Translations under genes and position numbers: made by a program | The notes under the pieces: generated by a model | Databases searched by the model: none | What the model was told of the DNA's origin: nothing | Seen by the model: only the letters and a program-made list of their open reading frames with translations | Source of the DNA: a virus | Taxonomy: Duplodnaviria > Caudoviricetes | Length of the DNA: 64,000 bases | Reading direction: 5' to 3' (one strand) | Virus record (IMG/VR): IMGVR_UViG_3300021255_004360 | Span: 3,350 to 67,349 of that record | In this document: positions 60,300 through 64,000 of the stretch, piece by piece | Numbering within the stretch: the stretch's first letter is position 1 | Layout of the letters: every line of letters begins with the position of its first letter

Positions 60300-60812
60300 A
60301 TGGCAAACAACGAAGAAATTAGAGATATGCTGAATAGGATAAGAGTTATCCAAGAGCATAAAAGAGGTGTAGAAAACACAAAAAAAGTACTCGAAGAAGA
60401 GGCTAATAACGGCAAACATGAAAATGGTATTGCTATTACCAACGACCCAAAGTTTGGTAATAATGTTTTAGCAAGCCAAATTGAAATGTTTAGAAGTTCC
60501 GTTGATGGTGGTGCTGAATTTACAGACCCATCAGAAGAAAATGTCGCTGAAAGCCCTCTGATTTATATGCCAGATGATAAAAATCTTGTATTCAGTGGTA
60601 CAATTCCGAGTTTGAATAATTTAAAATGGCAGTTTAAACTTAGAACAAATACTGGCGATGGCTGTTTCATATGGACGGATGGATTTATTCTAAACGAAAA
60701 GAATCTAAAGACTTTACATAAACTTCAAGGATTCTATGAAAACTGGAAGAATGATTGGCAGAAAGAATCTGGAGACCTTGAAAGAATGGGAAAGGCAATA
60801 CAAAAAGACTAA
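60300..60812 (+). CDS. Hypothetical protein (170 aa)
   Basis: ATG 60300 lies 1 nt after the upstream TAA; ends TAA. Confidence 0.65.
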   Translation: MANNEEIRDMLNRIRVIQEHKRGVENTKKVLEEEANNGKHENGIAITNDPKFGNNVLASQIEMFRSSVDGGAEFTDPSEENVAESPLIYMPDDKNLVFSGTIPSLNNLKWQFKLRTNTGDGCFIWTDGFILNEKNLKTLHKLQGFYENWKNDWQKESGDLERMGKAIQKD

Positions 60813-60840
60813 AAACAATTAACCCCTATAAAAAGTATGT

Positions 60841-61410
60841 ATGTCTAAACAATTGTATATTGATAACTGGAATAATAGTAATGCAAAGATACAAATTAAC
60901 AATGCTATCTCAAACAGATATACTGCACTAAATGGTTTAACGTCTATTGAATTACCAGACAACAAGTCACATGCTGTTCCTGCTTTTCTTGCAACGGCAA
61001 TGGGTTTTGGAAAAGGTAGTGATACAAGTTGGTATCAGTTGTTCATACCGCCATCATATGACAGAGTAATAAAAGTAAGAATATCCGACCACTTGTCTTC
61101 ACCTTCAGAATGGCCACCAATTGAAGATAGTCTCCCAAATAAAAGGTATTCAATTGTGATTTTCAATAGGCATAGTATGAACATTCAGTATAAACAAGGA
61201 ATTAAATATATAGATTGGAATACTTATACTGTAGATGGTATTGACGTATGTGAACTCGTCATATATTGTGAATTAATTCCACAAATATGGACATTTCTGT
61301 ATAAAGCACTTCTATGCCTTTATAACGGGGGAAATCCAGAAGATAATACATTAACAGATTTTATCGCAAATATTGAACAGGACACAAGTGTTTCAACTTT
61401 AATATCATAA
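60841..61410 (+). CDS. Hypothetical protein (189 aa)
   Basis: Intact ORF containing IKVRISDH; less acidic than its neighbours. Confidence 0.6.
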   Translation: MSKQLYIDNWNNSNAKIQINNAISNRYTALNGLTSIELPDNKSHAVPAFLATAMGFGKGSDTSWYQLFIPPSYDRVIKVRISDHLSSPSEWPPIEDSLPNKRYSIVIFNRHSMNIQYKQGIKYIDWNTYTVDGIDVCELVIYCELIPQIWTFLYKALLCLYNGGNPEDNTLTDFIANIEQDTSVSTLIS

Positions 61411-61443
61411 TAATAGCAATTCCTAATTGTTTTATGGAACATA

Positions 61444-61473
61444 TCGGTGACTCTTATGAGTCACTGATTTTTT
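61444..61473 (+). terminator. Intrinsic terminator, followed by a second hairpin at 61480-61507
   Basis: TCGGTGACTC-TTAT-GAGTCACTGA plus TTTTTT. Second stem AAAGTCCAG/CTGGACTTT. Confidence 0.75.
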
Positions 61474-61599
61474 CATAGAAAAGTCCAGCCTTTTTCGACT
61501 GGACTTTAACAATTTATTTAATGGGATGAATTGCATCAACCTTGATTGTTGTTTAAAACATTACTCACCAGTTGTCAATGTTAGTTTTTTAGATAAACC

Positions 61600-61610
61600 A
61601 ACTATTTATA
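61600..61610 (+). promoter_or_regulatory. Putative phage late promoter AACTATTTATA
   Basis: Exact motif, 18 nt before ATG 61629. Confidence 0.6.
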
Positions 61611-61628
61611 AGTAAATAATATATAGGT

Positions 61629-61853
61629 ATGAAAGTTTTAGTAACTGAAGAGCAATTACATAGGCTAGTAACGGAGGAGTTCGTTAAGACGTGTGACCTT
61701 GACAAAAAAGTCAAGAACGCTCTTTCTGATGCTATTAGGAACGACAAAAATTTTGAAAAAAGAGTAAAAAACATCGCTGCGGATTGTATTAAGACGATGT
61801 ATAGAATACTCTTCCAAAGAAGTAATTTTTATGATTCAGATTTAAGGAACTAA
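61629..61853 (+). CDS. Hypothetical protein (74 aa)
   Basis: Downstream of the late motif; TAATG-coupled to the next gene. Confidence 0.6.
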   Translation: MKVLVTEEQLHRLVTEEFVKTCDLDKKVKNALSDAIRNDKNFEKRVKNIAADCIKTMYRILFQRSNFYDSDLRN

Positions 61854-62548
61854 TGATAGATATGACAAAAATATACGAGCGTTATTTTCCTGATAGGATA
61901 ACAAGGCAGGGTTTCATTGGTAATGCGTTGGTTTACATCAAGCAACTACTCAACTCCCCAACAACTGCCAAGGTTAGTGACTATCTCGAAAATTATGGTG
62001 TCACATCCGAAAAATTATTGAAAGAATTGCTCGATAATCGTATCTTGATTAGAAGTGAAAAAATACGTAGGGATGATGACGGTAAAGATTCATTCTGTAT
62101 ATCATACAAGCCAGGTAAGAAGAATGTAAATTATAATTCTGTGTTAAGAAATCTGTATATTAAATGATTTGAAAACTATAAGGTAGATAACGATATGTAC
62201 TTAAAAGAGGAAGACGGCGGCTATGCTGGTACAAATGGTGCTTCAAGCGCAGCGGACGTGAATGATACGGCTCCGATAATGCCTTTAACAATCAAAAACA
62301 AAAAGGGAGAAAATGAAGAGCCAATTATTAGGAGAACATTTGCGGAAGGCAAGAAAAGAACAATCATAATTACAAATAAGCAAAAGAAATATCTTGAAGA
62401 AGTAACTTCAACAATGTCTGTTGGTGGTGGTGTTGAAGGAAGTGTAGAAGGTGGTAACAGTTATGCGTATGATGCCCCTGCTTTCCTTGACGCTGATACG
62501 GCAGACCATAAAGATATGATGAAAAAAAGTTGGCAAGGAGAAATTTAA
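61853..62548 (+). CDS. Hypothetical protein (231 aa; TGA at 62165)
   Basis: Track ORFs 61853 and 62195 are in frame and join as NLYIK[W]FENYKVDNDMYLKEE. Confidence 0.65.
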
Positions 62549-62549
62549 A

Positions 62550-62744
62550 ATGAGTCAGTATAAAGATGTTTTTAACAAAGATGCATACAAGAAACTTGTT
62601 GACATCAATAAGGAAATTGAAGAAGAGAAAAATTCATTTGAACCAGACGCAGAAAAACTTCAAAATCTTTATATGAAACAAGTAATGCAATCAATGTTTT
62701 TAAACGACATGATTATTGGACCAAGAAACTTTAGACCATATTAA
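62550..62744 (+). CDS. Hypothetical protein (64 aa)
   Basis: Starts 1 nt after the upstream TAA; ends TAA. Confidence 0.55.
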   Translation: MSQYKDVFNKDAYKKLVDINKEIEEEKNSFEPDAEKLQNLYMKQVMQSMFLNDMIIGPRNFRPY

Positions 62745-62766
62745 TAATACATATAAACGAAAAGAA

Positions 62767-63576
62767 ATGGAAACAGTTTACAAAGTAAGCGATATTAAGA
62801 AACTTATCCAGGAAAGTTCTCAGGAATTCAAGGCAAAACTTGGAGACAACGTAGAAAATGAGGATAAGAAAAATAGCAGGGAGGCTTACGATAAATCTGC
62901 ACAAAGAGCAAAGGAGTATAATGGCAAGTTTAAGGCTCCTGAAAAAGCAAAGTATGAAAAAGTTGATGGGAATAAAACACTCACTGACGTAAGGTTTGAT
63001 TTTGAACCAAGCAAAGAATATAAGGATAAGGCTAAAGAACAAGCCAAAGGATATACTTCTGTTGATGAGAAAAATAACGGTATTGAAAAAGCTGGTGCTG
63101 AGTTCAATGATGATGCTTGGGAAGGAATCAAGAAAGCTGGTGAGAAAATGCATGACAATGAAGACAATTTTGCGCATTTAGGTATCTGGGGTCACAATAT
63201 GCCTAAAGATATGATTGGTTATCCTGACCTTTATGAAAACAAGAATGTAAAAACTATCTTCTTCAAAAAGACAACATTCTTGACAGAGGGTCATATGATT
63301 TCAAGAATCCCAGACGAATTCAAAAATGAAGGGTCCATATTCAAAATGAAAGATAAAACAGGTAACAGTTACCTAGTTGAATGGAGTGACAATAAAGCAA
63401 ATATTATTGGCCACGAAAACAAGAAAGGCTTGGAAGAATCAGTTGATAGAATGAAGAAACTGATGGGATACAAGCCTGAAGAGTACTTTGCAACTTCAAC
63501 ATCTAGCCAAAGGTTAAATGAAAATGAAGATACTTTCCAAAAACAATTGAATAACATCCGTAAACTTATGAAGTAA
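62767..63576 (+). CDS. Charged hypothetical protein, possibly head/core-associated (269 aa)
   Basis: ATG 62767 in A-rich context; Lys/Glu-rich with EESVDRMKKL and RLNENE. Role is a guess. Confidence 0.55.
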   Translation: METVYKVSDIKKLIQESSQEFKAKLGDNVENEDKKNSREAYDKSAQRAKEYNGKFKAPEKAKYEKVDGNKTLTDVRFDFEPSKEYKDKAKEQAKGYTSVDEKNNGIEKAGAEFNDDAWEGIKKAGEKMHDNEDNFAHLGIWGHNMPKDMIGYPDLYENKNVKTIFFKKTTFLTEGHMISRIPDEFKNEGSIFKMKDKTGNSYLVEWSDNKANIIGHENKKGLEESVDRMKKLMGYKPEEYFATSTSSQRLNENEDTFQKQLNNIRKLMK

Positions 63577-63577
63577 A

Positions 63578-64000
63578 ATGGCAGAAAATAAGATTCCAGA
63601 AGCATCTAACAATGCTGGTAACACTATTGGCTGGTTAGAAAAGATTTTGAGCCTAAAAGAACGCTATGGTGTTAAAAACATCATATCAAGTTTATTAATT
63701 CTGTTTATTGCAATTATTGTTGGATGAGTGGCATTTAACCCGTCTGCGTTTATTGAACGTGTTGAAAGAATACAAACAGAAAAGCATGTGATGGTAATTG
63801 AAAAGCGTAGACAGATTGACCCGCTTATTAAAGCAGATTTGGTTGATTTACGTAGTGAGGTGAATGCATCAAGAGCCTTCATTTTTGAAGCTCATAATGG
63901 TGGTAGCAATTTGAACGGGTTACCATTTCTTTACGTGGACATGACATATGATGAACCGCGTCACGATTTAGTTAGAATCCAAGATGAATATAAGAACATA
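63578..64000 (+). CDS. Putative holin, T4 gpT-like topology, 3'-partial (TGA at 63725)
   Basis: Short N-terminus, one hydrophobic helix IISSLLILFIAIIVG[W]VAF, then a soluble domain (RAFIFEAHNGGSNLNGLPFLYVDMTYD) open to the window end. Missing from the ORF track. Confidence 0.55.

Noticed and set aside
614-63882. Remaining short minus-strand and nested ORFs in the track (60-150 aa)
   Set aside because: They lie antisense to or inside well-supported genes and show no motifs or start signals. Only dnaJ is credible on the minus strand.
1259-64000. TGA as Gly (code 25) or selenocysteine
   Set aside because: TGA aligns with TGG in repeats and with the FN3 Trp. None falls in the Cys-rich domains or at a catalytic Cys.
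1-64000. Suppressor tRNA-Trp(UCA) or release factor gene
   Set aside because: I saw no cloverleaf or release-factor motif, and intergenic gaps are short. These are probably elsewhere in the genome, but a tRNAscan-SE/ARAGORN run is needed to exclude them here.

Overview
This window is 64 kb of a large tailed-phage (myovirus-like, probably jumbo) genome. The host is probably a Bacteroidota species, based on host-type TTTG-N19-TAnnTTTG promoters, a Bacteroidota-like sigma factor and NrdG, BACON repeats, and A-rich starts without Shine-Dalgarno sequences. The supplied ORF track is fragmented because the phage reads TGA as Trp (code 4). I count 40 in-frame TGA codons; several align with TGG in internal repeats, and every re-annotated gene ends in TAA or TAG. 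Gene order after re-annotation: (1) glycosyltransferase cluster with NrdG and NADAR (1-4.9 kb); (2) baseplate module (5-15 kb); (3) three giant BACON/FN3 adhesin-like proteins of about 1743, 2244 and 903 aa (15.3-30 kb); (4) more baseplate genes, a lone antisense DnaJ and a 1590-aa repeat fibre; (5) a terminator-bounded unit with a 3750-aa Thr/Ser-rich fibre ending in a Cys-rich domain, a 283-aa protein with 68 Cys and a leader-like N-terminus, and a radical SAM/SPASM enzyme; (6) SbcC/gp46-like ATPase, sigma factor, small late genes and a holin-like gene with an in-frame TGA. The best candidate for an undescribed system is (5): a phage-encoded RiPP-like maturase that may cross-link CxC[D/N/H] repeats, including ones on a virion fibre. 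No databases were searched; family calls rest on recalled motifs and all counts are manual.
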